Positions 56,666 to 64,000 of a stretch of 64,000 nucleotides of DNA are shown piece by piece. The stretch lies in assembly GCA_045628545.1 (NCBI GenBank), contig JAZQPI010000018.1, forward strand, positions 3,643-67,642, read 5' to 3'. The translations under genes were made by a program, and so were the position numbers. Source of the DNA: Kiritimatiellia bacterium. GTDB taxonomy: Bacteria > Verrucomicrobiota > Kiritimatiellia > RFP12 > UBA1067. Under the pieces are notes generated by a model, which was not told where the DNA came from, searched no databases, and was given only the letters and a program-made list of their open reading frames with translations. Each line of letters opens with the position of its first letter. Position 1 is the first letter of the stretch.

Positions 56666-58840
56666 ATGGTAAAAGTAAAGAAAGTTGTTCGAAAGACGAC
56701 TAAGGGCAAGGTCGCGAAGGACAAGACGGTGAAGGACCGCGCCGCGTTGAAGAAGGGGTGTCCTGTGCCGAAAAAAGGGAAGCGACGGCCGACAGCCGGG
56801 AAAAAGAAGCCCGTCAAATCGGATGCGGAGTCCGAGGATCTCGAGCTGCCGAGCGAGATCGGCGATATGCCGGATCTTGATGATCTGGTGGGGGTTGCCG
56901 ACTCTGTTTTGGATGTAGACGGTCCGTCGGCCAAGCCGGCCCGCGGGCGTCGTCGCAAGGTCGTAGCGGACGATGCCGACCTGCCGGCCGATGATGATGA
57001 TGAAGTGGTGCTCGTCTCGTCCCAGCTAGACGCCGACCAGTTAGCGGCGGAGGTCGAGCGCCAGGAGGAGTCCCGCTCGGTCGACGAGGACGGGGACGCC
57101 AACATTGCGGCAGCCCCCTTGCCGAGCTTCACGACCGACGAGGACCTTGCCTTTGACGCGGATACGATGATGCCGGCGATGGAGGGGATGTCGATTCTCC
57201 GACAGACGGAGTTGAACGACGTCGTTTCGGAGATCAAGCGCCGCAGCGAGCAGAACGGCGGCTATGTCACCTTCGAGGAGCTCAACCAGGTCCTGCCCGC
57301 GAACATCGTGGACGCGATCCAGTCCGAAAACAGCCTGAAGATGCTGGAGGTCCTGGGCGTGCACGTCATCCGCGAGGAGGACGTGAAGAAGTATCTGGAG
57401 TCGAAGAATGCCAAGTCGTTCGACCCCAAATTGCGCGCCGCGGAGATGATCGAGGATCCGATCCGCATGTATCTCCACCAGATGGGGCAGGTTCAATTGC
57501 TTTCGCGCGACGAGGAGGTTACGCTCTGCACGACGATCGAGAACGCGGAGTCGAAGACGCGCGACTACTTCAACCGCTTCCTTTTCGCGCCGCCGATGTA
57601 CGCTGACCAGTTGGACAAGCTGGAGGGGCAGTCGGAGCGCTTCGACCGCATCGTGACGGACAAGTTCGACGAGAACCGCGACGCCTATATGGAGCAGATT
57701 CCGAACTTCCGCAAGCAGCTGAAGGCGGCAGAGAAGCGTCTGACCGAGGCGAGCGCGAAGTATCTGTCGCTGATCGCCAAGCCCGACTCGTCTGCCGCGG
57801 CGGTGCGAGGGGCAGAAAAGGCCCTCCAGAATGCGCGAGAGGTGTTGCGGCAGTGCTTCATCGACATGAGCTTCCGCCAGAAGGTGCTGGAGACGCTCTG
57901 CACCGAGGCGGACGAGCGCTACTACCTGCCCTATCGCAAGTACGTGGCGCAGCAAGCCGAACTCATGAAGACCAAGGCGAGCAAGAGGCGTGACCGCGAC
58001 CTCAAGGCGCTGAGGGAGAAGATGTCCGAGCTGGAAGCGCTCTTCGGCATGACGCCGGAGGAGTTCATGACCACGTTCTCCGAGTTGCGCAAGGTGATGA
58101 AGGAGGGTATCGTCGCGCGGACGAAGATGGTCGAGGCGAACCTCCGGCTGGTGATCTCGATCGTCAAGAAGTACATGAACCGCGGGCTCTCGTTCCTCGA
58201 CCTCATCCAGGAGGGCAACACCGGCCTGATGAAGGCGGTCGAGAAGTTCGAGTACAAGCGCGGCTACAAGTTTTCGACCTATGCGACATGGTGGATCCGT
58301 CAGGCGGCGACCCGCGCGATCGCGGACCAGGCCCGCACGATCCGGATCCCCGTGCACATGATCGAGACGATCAACAAGCTCATGCGCGTGCAGAAGAAGC
58401 TCATCCAGAAGTTCGGCCGCGAGCCGACCGAGGCGGAGCTTTCGTCCGAAATGAGCATGCCGGTCGACCAGGTTCGCGCCGTCAAGCGCATGGCGCAGCA
58501 GCCGATTTCGCTGCAGTCGAAGGTCGGGGACAACGAAGACGCCCATTACGGCGACTTCATCCCCGACGTCTCCAGCGAGAACCCCTTCGAGGTGACCGAA
58601 GGCCACCTGCTGAAGGAGCGCCTCCGGGAGATCCTGGGGACGCTGACGGACCGCGAACGCCAGGTGGTCGACTTCCGCTTCGGGCTGTCCGACGGCTACA
58701 GCCGGACGCTTGAGGAGGTCGGCCGCCTGTTCAACGTGACGCGCGAGCGCATTCGCCAGATCGAGGCGAAGGCGTTGCGCAAACTCCGTCATCCGAGCCG
58801 GATGAAGTCCCTGGGGGACTACCGAAGCACCCCGTCCTGA
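56666..58840 (+). CDS. rpoD: RNA polymerase primary sigma factor
   Basis: [64 protein letters not shown]; long basic/acidic N-terminal extension. Confidence 0.96.
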   Translation: MVKVKKVVRKTTKGKVAKDKTVKDRAALKKGCPVPKKGKRRPTAGKKKPVKSDAESEDLELPSEIGDMPDLDDLVGVADSVLDVDGPSAKPARGRRRKVVADDADLPADDDDEVVLVSSQLDADQLAAEVERQEESRSVDEDGDANIAAAPLPSFTTDEDLAFDADTMMPAMEGMSILRQTELNDVVSEIKRRSEQNGGYVTFEELNQVLPANIVDAIQSENSLKMLEVLGVHVIREEDVKKYLESKNAKSFDPKLRAAEMIEDPIRMYLHQMGQVQLLSRDEEVTLCTTIENAESKTRDYFNRFLFAPPMYADQLDKLEGQSERFDRIVTDKFDENRDAYMEQIPNFRKQLKAAEKRLTEASAKYLSLIAKPDSSAAAVRGAEKALQNAREVLRQCFIDMSFRQKVLETLCTEADERYYLPYRKYVAQQAELMKTKASKRRDRDLKALREKMSELEALFGMTPEEFMTTFSELRKVMKEGIVARTKMVEANLRLVISIVKKYMNRGLSFLDLIQEGNTGLMKAVEKFEYKRGYKFSTYATWWIRQAATRAIADQARTIRIPVHMIETINKLMRVQKKLIQKFGREPTEAELSSEMSMPVDQVRAVKRMAQQPISLQSKVGDNEDAHYGDFIPDVSSENPFEVTEGHLLKERLREILGTLTDRERQVVDFRFGLSDGYSRTLEEVGRLFNVTRERIRQIEAKALRKLRHPSRMKSLGDYRSTPS

Positions 58841-58922
58841 TCGGGGGCCCCGGAAAACAGACAACAGAAACAAGAGAGAAAAACAAGAGAAAACACAAGA
58901 GTAGAGAAAGAGAGCAGAAAAG

Positions 58923-59402
58923 ATGGAAATGGTTAATGGTGTGATTGGGCTGTTGAAGACTCCGAACGGCATTGCCCTCGCGGTGGTGGCGTTCGTGCTG
59001 GGCGCGGTGGCGACCTGCCTGGCCTGCAAGCTGCTGTGCCCCTGCGGCAAGAAGCGTCAGAACGCGTGCAAGGCGGCCCAGCCTCCGCGCGCCGAGACGC
59101 GCAAGAACGGCGGTCAGAAGTTCGAGAAGAAGCATCCCGCTCCGGCGGACGGCTCGGTCGAAATCTACGTCGGCAACCTCAGCTACGACCTGACCGAGGA
59201 CCAGCTGCGCAAGGAGTTCGAGGCCTTCGGCACGGTCAATTCGGCGCGGATCATCACGAACCGCTTCAACAACCGCTCGAAGGGCTTCGGCTTCGTTCAC
59301 ATGCCGAACCAGGCCGAGGCGGACGCGGCGGTCGCGGCGCTGAACGACAAGGACATTCTTGGCCGCAAGCTCAAGTGCAATCAGGCCAAGAACGTTTATT
59401 GA
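58923..59402 (+). CDS. RRM RNA-binding protein with N-terminal membrane anchor
   Basis: IYVGNLSY (RNP2), SKGFGFVHM (RNP1); hydrophobic IALAVVAFVLGAVATCL. Confidence 0.9.
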   Translation: MEMVNGVIGLLKTPNGIALAVVAFVLGAVATCLACKLLCPCGKKRQNACKAAQPPRAETRKNGGQKFEKKHPAPADGSVEIYVGNLSYDLTEDQLRKEFEAFGTVNSARIITNRFNNRSKGFGFVHMPNQAEADAAVAALNDKDILGRKLKCNQAKNVY

Positions 59403-59430
59403 TTGACTGCGGACGGAACGGAGGCGGGAT

Positions 59431-59985
59431 ATGTCGAAGGTGCTGGTTCCTCTGGCGGACGGGTTTGAAGACCTCGAAGCGGTGAGCGTCATCGACGTCC
59501 TGCGCCGCGGCGGAGTGGAAGTCGTCACGGCCGCCCTCGGCACGACGGACGAAGTGCGCAGCGCGCACGGCGTCCGGATGCATGCGGACGGCCTGCTGGC
59601 CGACGTGGCGGACGCGGATTACGACGCCATCGTCCTGCCGGGCGGCGGCGAAGGGACGGAGAACCTCCGCGGTTCGTCCCGCCTGCGCCGGCGGCTCGTC
59701 CGCCAGCAGTCCGAAAACCGGCTGATCTGCGCCATTTGCGCCGCGCCGACCGTGCTGGCCGAATTCGGCCTCCTGCCGGACGGCTGCGAAGCGACCTGCT
59801 ATCCGTCCTGCGCCGACCGGCTCGGACGCCCGTGCGCTGGCGCGCCGGTCGTCGCCGATGGCAACATCATCACGGGCCAGGCCCCAGGGTCGGCCCTGCT
59901 GTTCGCTCTGGTCGTCCTCCAGACGCTTGAAGGCGAGTCTGTCGCCGGTCAGGTGGCGGAGGGCATGGTGACGGACGTCCTGTGA
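59431..59985 (+). CDS. DJ-1/PfpI (ThiJ/YajL) family protein
   Basis: GFEDLEAV, LPGG, AICAAP, ITGQAPG. Confidence 0.92.
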   Translation: MSKVLVPLADGFEDLEAVSVIDVLRRGGVEVVTAALGTTDEVRSAHGVRMHADGLLADVADADYDAIVLPGGGEGTENLRGSSRLRRRLVRQQSENRLICAICAAPTVLAEFGLLPDGCEATCYPSCADRLGRPCAGAPVVADGNIITGQAPGSALLFALVVLQTLEGESVAGQVAEGMVTDVL

Positions 59986-62348
59986 TCGGCTTCGGTCGCG
60001 CGGGGGGCGGCGGAAGGGCGCTTGTCCTGTCGCTGGCTTTGGCCTTGACCGCGGTGACCGCGGCCGCACGGACCGAGGTCAGTTTCCTCTTCGTCTACGA
60101 TCCGAACCGTCCCGAAGAGCCGGCGACGCGCCGCCTCCTCGACCTGGCGCGCACCGAACCCGAGATCGAGCCCGTCAAGTGGGGCGGGCTCATCCTGCCC
60201 GGCGCGGGCGGACGTTCGACCTTCATGCTGGCCTTGGCCGGCGGCACCGCCCCCGACATCTACAAGGCCTGGTTCCACATCCTCCGTCACGACGTCGAAC
60301 AGGGCTTCGTCTATCCGCTCGACGAGTGGGTTTCGGCGGACGGACTCTCCGGCGGCGGCGACCTGTGGGACCGCGTGCGCTGTTTCGACGGTCATGTCTG
60401 GGCTTTGCCGACGCCGGGGGTGGCGCATTACGGCATCGTCTACCGCAAGGATTTCGTCTCGGCGGCGGGACTCGACCCCGAGCGTCCGCCGCGAACCTGG
60501 CACGAATTCCGCGACTGGTGCGTGCGGCTGACAATCCCTGGCCGCCGGGCATTCGCGATCGAAAACCGTCCCTGGGGCTTTCTCCCCTGGGTGCAGAGCG
60601 CTGGCGGGGACGTCATCCGTCCGGTCACGAACGGGACCGGACGCGCGCAGTGGGAGGCCTGCTTCGATTCGCCGGCCGGAGTCCGGGCGGCCGAGTTCCT
60701 CCAGTCTTTGATTCGCCTGGACGTCGTCCGCAGTCTGCCGACGCTGTCCGTCGCCGACGATGTCGCCCAGATGTTCGTCGCCGGCGAAATCGCCGCGGTG
60801 TTCGGCGGGGAGGACCTCGTGCGGCGGCTGACCGAGGTCTATGCGTTTCCGGGCGAGCAGATCGGGCTGATGCCGTTCCCGGCCGGCGAAGAGGGCGGGG
60901 TGCGCGTACTGCAGGCCCACCGTCACTTCTACGCGATGAGCGAATCGGTCCGCTACCGTCCGAAGGAGGAGCGCGATCTCGTTTACCGGTGCTTGGAGAC
61001 GCTGGCCTCGCCGGCGCTGGCGGACGAGGAGGTGCGCAACAACGTGGCCGAGGGCCGCGCCCTCTGGTGCCGTCCGTCGGATCTGCGGCGGCTCGGCTTC
61101 GCGGAGGAGGCGGCGCGGCTTCCGGCGGGCGTGCGCGAGATGTACGACGACCTCGAAGCGGGACGCATCCGCGCCGTGACCGAGCCGTGGGTGGGCTTCT
61201 GGCAGGCGGCGAGCGACCTCGTGCAGCGGCACTTCCTGGGGCTTTTGCTGTCGGACGCTGGTGTCGGCTTGGACTGCAAGGCGGCGTTGCATGAGGTCAC
61301 GCGCGCCGCTAACGACGGACTGATGTTCGACACGGACCGCCAGAGCATCGCCCGCGCCCGTCCCTACGCGCGCGTCATCGTCGGGGTGCTCGTCGCTTGC
61401 GCCTTAGTCGCCTGCGCGCTGGGCTGGCGGCGCCGTCGCCGTACGGCGTCGGCGGTCGCTGCGGCGGAAGGGGGCCGGCGGCTCGCGCCCTGGCTTTTTC
61501 TCGCTCCGGCGGTCGTCTCGATCCTGGTCTGGAGCTACTATCCGCTCGTCCGCGGCGCGTTGATGGCGTTCCAGGACTACCGCATCGTCGGCGCGAGCGC
61601 GTGGGCGGGGCTGGACAACCTGATCCGGGTGGCGACCGACTCCGCGTTCTGGACGGCGGGCCTGCGCACGCTGGAGTACGTGGCGGTCACGCTGGCGCTC
61701 GGTTTTCTGACGCCGGTCGTGCTGGCGGTGATGCTGTGCGAAATCCCGCGCGGCAAGGTGCTTTTCCGCTTCCTTTACTTTCTGCCGCATCTGACGAGCG
61801 CCCTCGTGGTGACGCTCTTGTGGAAGCTCATGTTCGATCCGACAGAGAACGGCATCCTCAACCAGCTGCTGGCGTCGGTCGGCCTGGCGCGGCAGTCCTG
61901 GCTGCTCGACCCGGCGTGGGCGATGGTGTGCTGCATCCTGCCGGGCGTCTGGGCGGGGGCGGGCATCAGTTCGCTGATCTACATTGCCGCGCTGGGCAGT
62001 CTGCCGCAGGACTACTACGAGGCGGCCGCGCTGGACGGGGCGGGCATCTGGGCGCGGTTCCGCCACGTCACTTTCCCGCAGCTGGCGCCGCTCATGGTCA
62101 TCAACTTCGTCGGGGCGTTCATCGCCTCGTTTCAGGGCATGGGGTCGATCTTCCTGCTGACCTTCGGCGGGCCCGGGGACGCGACGCAGGTGCTGTCGCT
62201 GGCGATCTGGAAAGAGGCCTACAACAACCTGCGCTTTTCGACGGCGACGACGATGGCGTGGTTCCTCGGCGTCGCGCTCATCGGCTTCACCTACCTCCAG
62301 ATCCGCTTCCTCCGCAAGGTGGAGTTCCGCCAGGCCGCCGTCAACTGA
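59982..62348 (+). CDS. Fused sugar-ABC solute-binding protein + permease
   Basis: GGTAPDI, YRKD...AGLDPERPPRTW (SBP); GLDNL, YYEAAALDGAG...FRHVTFPQL (EAA loop). Confidence 0.88.
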   Translation: MIGFGRAGGGGRALVLSLALALTAVTAAARTEVSFLFVYDPNRPEEPATRRLLDLARTEPEIEPVKWGGLILPGAGGRSTFMLALAGGTAPDIYKAWFHILRHDVEQGFVYPLDEWVSADGLSGGGDLWDRVRCFDGHVWALPTPGVAHYGIVYRKDFVSAAGLDPERPPRTWHEFRDWCVRLTIPGRRAFAIENRPWGFLPWVQSAGGDVIRPVTNGTGRAQWEACFDSPAGVRAAEFLQSLIRLDVVRSLPTLSVADDVAQMFVAGEIAAVFGGEDLVRRLTEVYAFPGEQIGLMPFPAGEEGGVRVLQAHRHFYAMSESVRYRPKEERDLVYRCLETLASPALADEEVRNNVAEGRALWCRPSDLRRLGFAEEAARLPAGVREMYDDLEAGRIRAVTEPWVGFWQAASDLVQRHFLGLLLSDAGVGLDCKAALHEVTRAANDGLMFDTDRQSIARARPYARVIVGVLVACALVACALGWRRRRRTASAVAAAEGGRRLAPWLFLAPAVVSILVWSYYPLVRGALMAFQDYRIVGASAWAGLDNLIRVATDSAFWTAGLRTLEYVAVTLALGFLTPVVLAVMLCEIPRGKVLFRFLYFLPHLTSALVVTLLWKLMFDPTENGILNQLLASVGLARQSWLLDPAWAMVCCILPGVWAGAGISSLIYIAALGSLPQDYYEAAALDGAGIWARFRHVTFPQLAPLMVINFVGAFIASFQGMGSIFLLTFGGPGDATQVLSLAIWKEAYNNLRFSTATTMAWFLGVALIGFTYLQIRFLRKVEFRQAAVN

Positions 62349-62481
62349 ATGAAGCGAGGAAGGTCCGGGCGACGAAAATCGTTGGAGTGCCCGTTTTTCT
62401 GGGCATCCCCACTTTTTTAAAATACCCCCTTGCAAAGGTCAGGCGAAATGTGATATACTATCAGTCACTTTCACGGAACAC

Positions 62482-62558
62482 GGGGTTGTGGCGCAATTGG
62501 TTAGCGCACTGGACTGTCGATCCGGGGGTTGCGGGTTCGAGCCCCGTCGACCCCGCCA
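62482..62558 (+). tRNA. tRNA-Asp(GTC)
   Basis: Acceptor GGGGTTG/CGACCCC, anticodon arm CTGGA-CTGTCGA-TCCGG, GGTTCGAG T-loop, CCA end; promoter TTGCAA-18-TATACT at 62430-62459. Confidence 0.95.
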
Positions 62559-62579
62559 GTACGGGGAAGCAAGAGGGAT

Positions 62580-62653
62580 TGCCTCGTGGTGTAATGGTAG
62601 CACCCAAGATTCTGATTCTTGTTGTTGGGGTTCGAGTCCCTGCGAGGCAACCA
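62580..62653 (+). tRNA. tRNA-Gln(CTG)
   Basis: Acceptor TGCCTCG/CGAGGCA, anticodon arm CAAGA-TTCTGAT-TCTTG, CCA end. Confidence 0.95.
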
Positions 62654-62664
62654 TTGACATATCG

Positions 62665-62690
62665 AACTCGGAGATATCCGAGTTTTTTAT
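62665..62690 (+). terminator. Intrinsic terminator after the tRNAs
   Basis: aactcgga-gata-tccgagtt followed by a T tract. Confidence 0.8.
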
Positions 62691-62786
62691 TTTTTACGCG
62701 AGTGCGAATAAGCCCGATACATTCGCCGGAGGGCGAAAGTGTTTTTTCGATCGCTCTTTACGCTGGAAATTTGGTATAATTCGAAT

Positions 62787-64000
62787 ATGAGTAAATTGTG
62801 TCGTTGCTTGCGGCTGTTGTTCGTGACATTGGTAGTTGGCGTTGCTTTTGTTTCGGTGACAGGTTGCGGTGCTAAAGATTTTGTGATTGCCGAACGCGGT
62901 CATGCCGCGGGATGCACGATCGTCTGCGGCGATGGTGCGGATCCCGCGGTGCGGTACGCGGCGGAGGAGCTGCGGGATTACGTCAAGAAGCTGACCGGCG
63001 TCGAATTGACGATCGACGGCGACGAGGAGCGGCAGATCGTGCTTTCGGTCGGTGAACTCGACGGCGTGGCGTCGGACGGTTTTTCGATTCTTGCGACGGA
63101 AGACGACGTGCTTCGGATTTCCGGGACGAATCCGCGCGGGTGCATTTACGGCGTCTACGAGCTTCTGGAACGCTACGGCGGGGTCGGCTTCTATTCGAGC
63201 TGGTGCGAGAAGGTGCCGCGGCTCGACCGGCTTGCGGTTCCGGCGATGTGCGTCAACACGTCGTCGCCGGCGTTCGAGATGCGCGAGCCGCTCTGGTACG
63301 ACGTAAACGTCCATCACGAGTTCGGCGCGAAGATCCGGGCCAACGGGCACAACCTCGTCCCGGGCGAAGTGCCGGCGAAGTTCGGCGGCGACGATTTCCG
63401 GTTCGGCGGCGGACTCCGCAGCTGCCATACCTTCGGCACGCTTTGCTGTCCGAAGGTTTATTTTGACGAGCATCCGGAGTATTTCTCGATGGTGGACGGC
63501 AAGCGCCTGAAGGAGCGCACGCAGCTTTGCCTTACCAATCCCGACGTGTTGGAGGTCGTGACGTCTAATGTGCTCGACTGCATCCGCAAGGATCCGACCG
63601 CGAGATTCTACGGCGTCAGTCAGAACGACTGGTACAATTTCTGCGAGTGCCCGGAGTGCAAGGCGGTAGACGAAGAAGAGGGTTCGCATTCTGGCACGAT
63701 GGTGCGTTTCGTGAACGCGGTCGCCGAACGAGTCGAGAAGGAGTTTCCGAAAGCAGTCATCGAGACGCTCGCCTATCAGTATACGCGCAAGCCGCCGAAA
63801 TTCGCGAAGCCCAGGCATAACGTGATGCCGTGTCTGTGCACGATCGAATGCGATTTCGCGCGGCCGATTCCCGAAAGCCCTTACGGCGAGAACCGGTCCT
63901 TCATGTCCGACATCGCCGGCTGGGCGAAGCTGACCGACCGGCTCTATGTCTGGGATTACGTCACGCAGTTCCCGCATTACCCCCACGCTTTCGCCAACGT
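62787..64000 (+). CDS. DUF4838-domain secreted protein (3'-partial; missing from the ORF track)
   Basis: Open from ATG 62787 to the window end: signal/lipobox, YAAEELRDY, RGCIYGVYELLE, HPEYF...QLCLTNPDV, SQND..FCECPEC; TGgTATAAT 6 nt before the ATG. Confidence 0.85.
   Translation, partial: MSKLCRCLRLLFVTLVVGVAFVSVTGCGAKDFVIAERGHAAGCTIVCGDGADPAVRYAAEELRDYVKKLTGVELTIDGDEERQIVLSVGELDGVASDGFSILATEDDVLRISGTNPRGCIYGVYELLERYGGVGFYSSWCEKVPRLDRLAVPAMCVNTSSPAFEMREPLWYDVNVHHEFGAKIRANGHNLVPGEVPAKFGGDDFRFGGGLRSCHTFGTLCCPKVYFDEHPEYFSMVDGKRLKERTQLCLTNPDVLEVVTSNVLDCIRKDPTARFYGVSQNDWYNFCECPECKAVDEEEGSHSGTMVRFVNAVAERVEKEFPKAVIETLAYQYTRKPPKFAKPRHNVMPCLCTIECDFARPIPESPYGENRSFMSDIAGWAKLTDRLYVWDYVTQFPHYPHAFAN

Noticed and set aside
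62482-62653. tRNA-anchored island integration site
   Set aside because: No integrase nearby and no duplicated tRNA 3' end was noticed in the window.

Overview
GC-rich bacterial chromosome window, with almost all genes on the + strand. The murC-murB fusion, the rpoZ-smpB neighbourhood, DUF4838 and the repeat types suggest a PVC-superphylum anaerobe, probably Kiritimatiellae (inference). Bases 1-~14960 are an accessory/defence-like island. It holds a GmrSD-like DUF262-DUF1524 nuclease, two orphan NADAR-like genes, a ~470-nt non-coding rod-shaped foldback, and a small ORF-clpP-double-AAA ATPase unit whose ATPase ends in IGF. These are followed by an ECF-like sigma factor, a rubredoxin, an IS4-family element, a PIF1-like helicase and several gene remnants. 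The rest is mostly core or niche genes: a TetR-RND-OMF efflux operon with a DEAD-box helicase, a TetR/DUF2339 cluster, ilvBN, two galM, a frameshifted glnA and murC-murB. An envelope-modification cluster follows (GT2-DUF218, MATE-HATPase, a tandemly duplicated PP-loop + ATP-grasp pair, a second RND pump, a deacetylase), then a RAYT-like transposase, rpoZ, smpB, stand-alone secY, pckG, hydE-like, rpoD, RRM, DJ-1, an SBP-permease fusion, tRNA-Asp, tRNA-Gln and a partial DUF4838 gene. The best candidates for undescribed biology are the ClpP + IGF-tailed AAA module, the long G-T/G-U-biased foldback upstream of it, the tandem orphan NADARs and the duplicated PP-loop/ATP-grasp module. All family calls come from motif recognition by eye; no searches were run.
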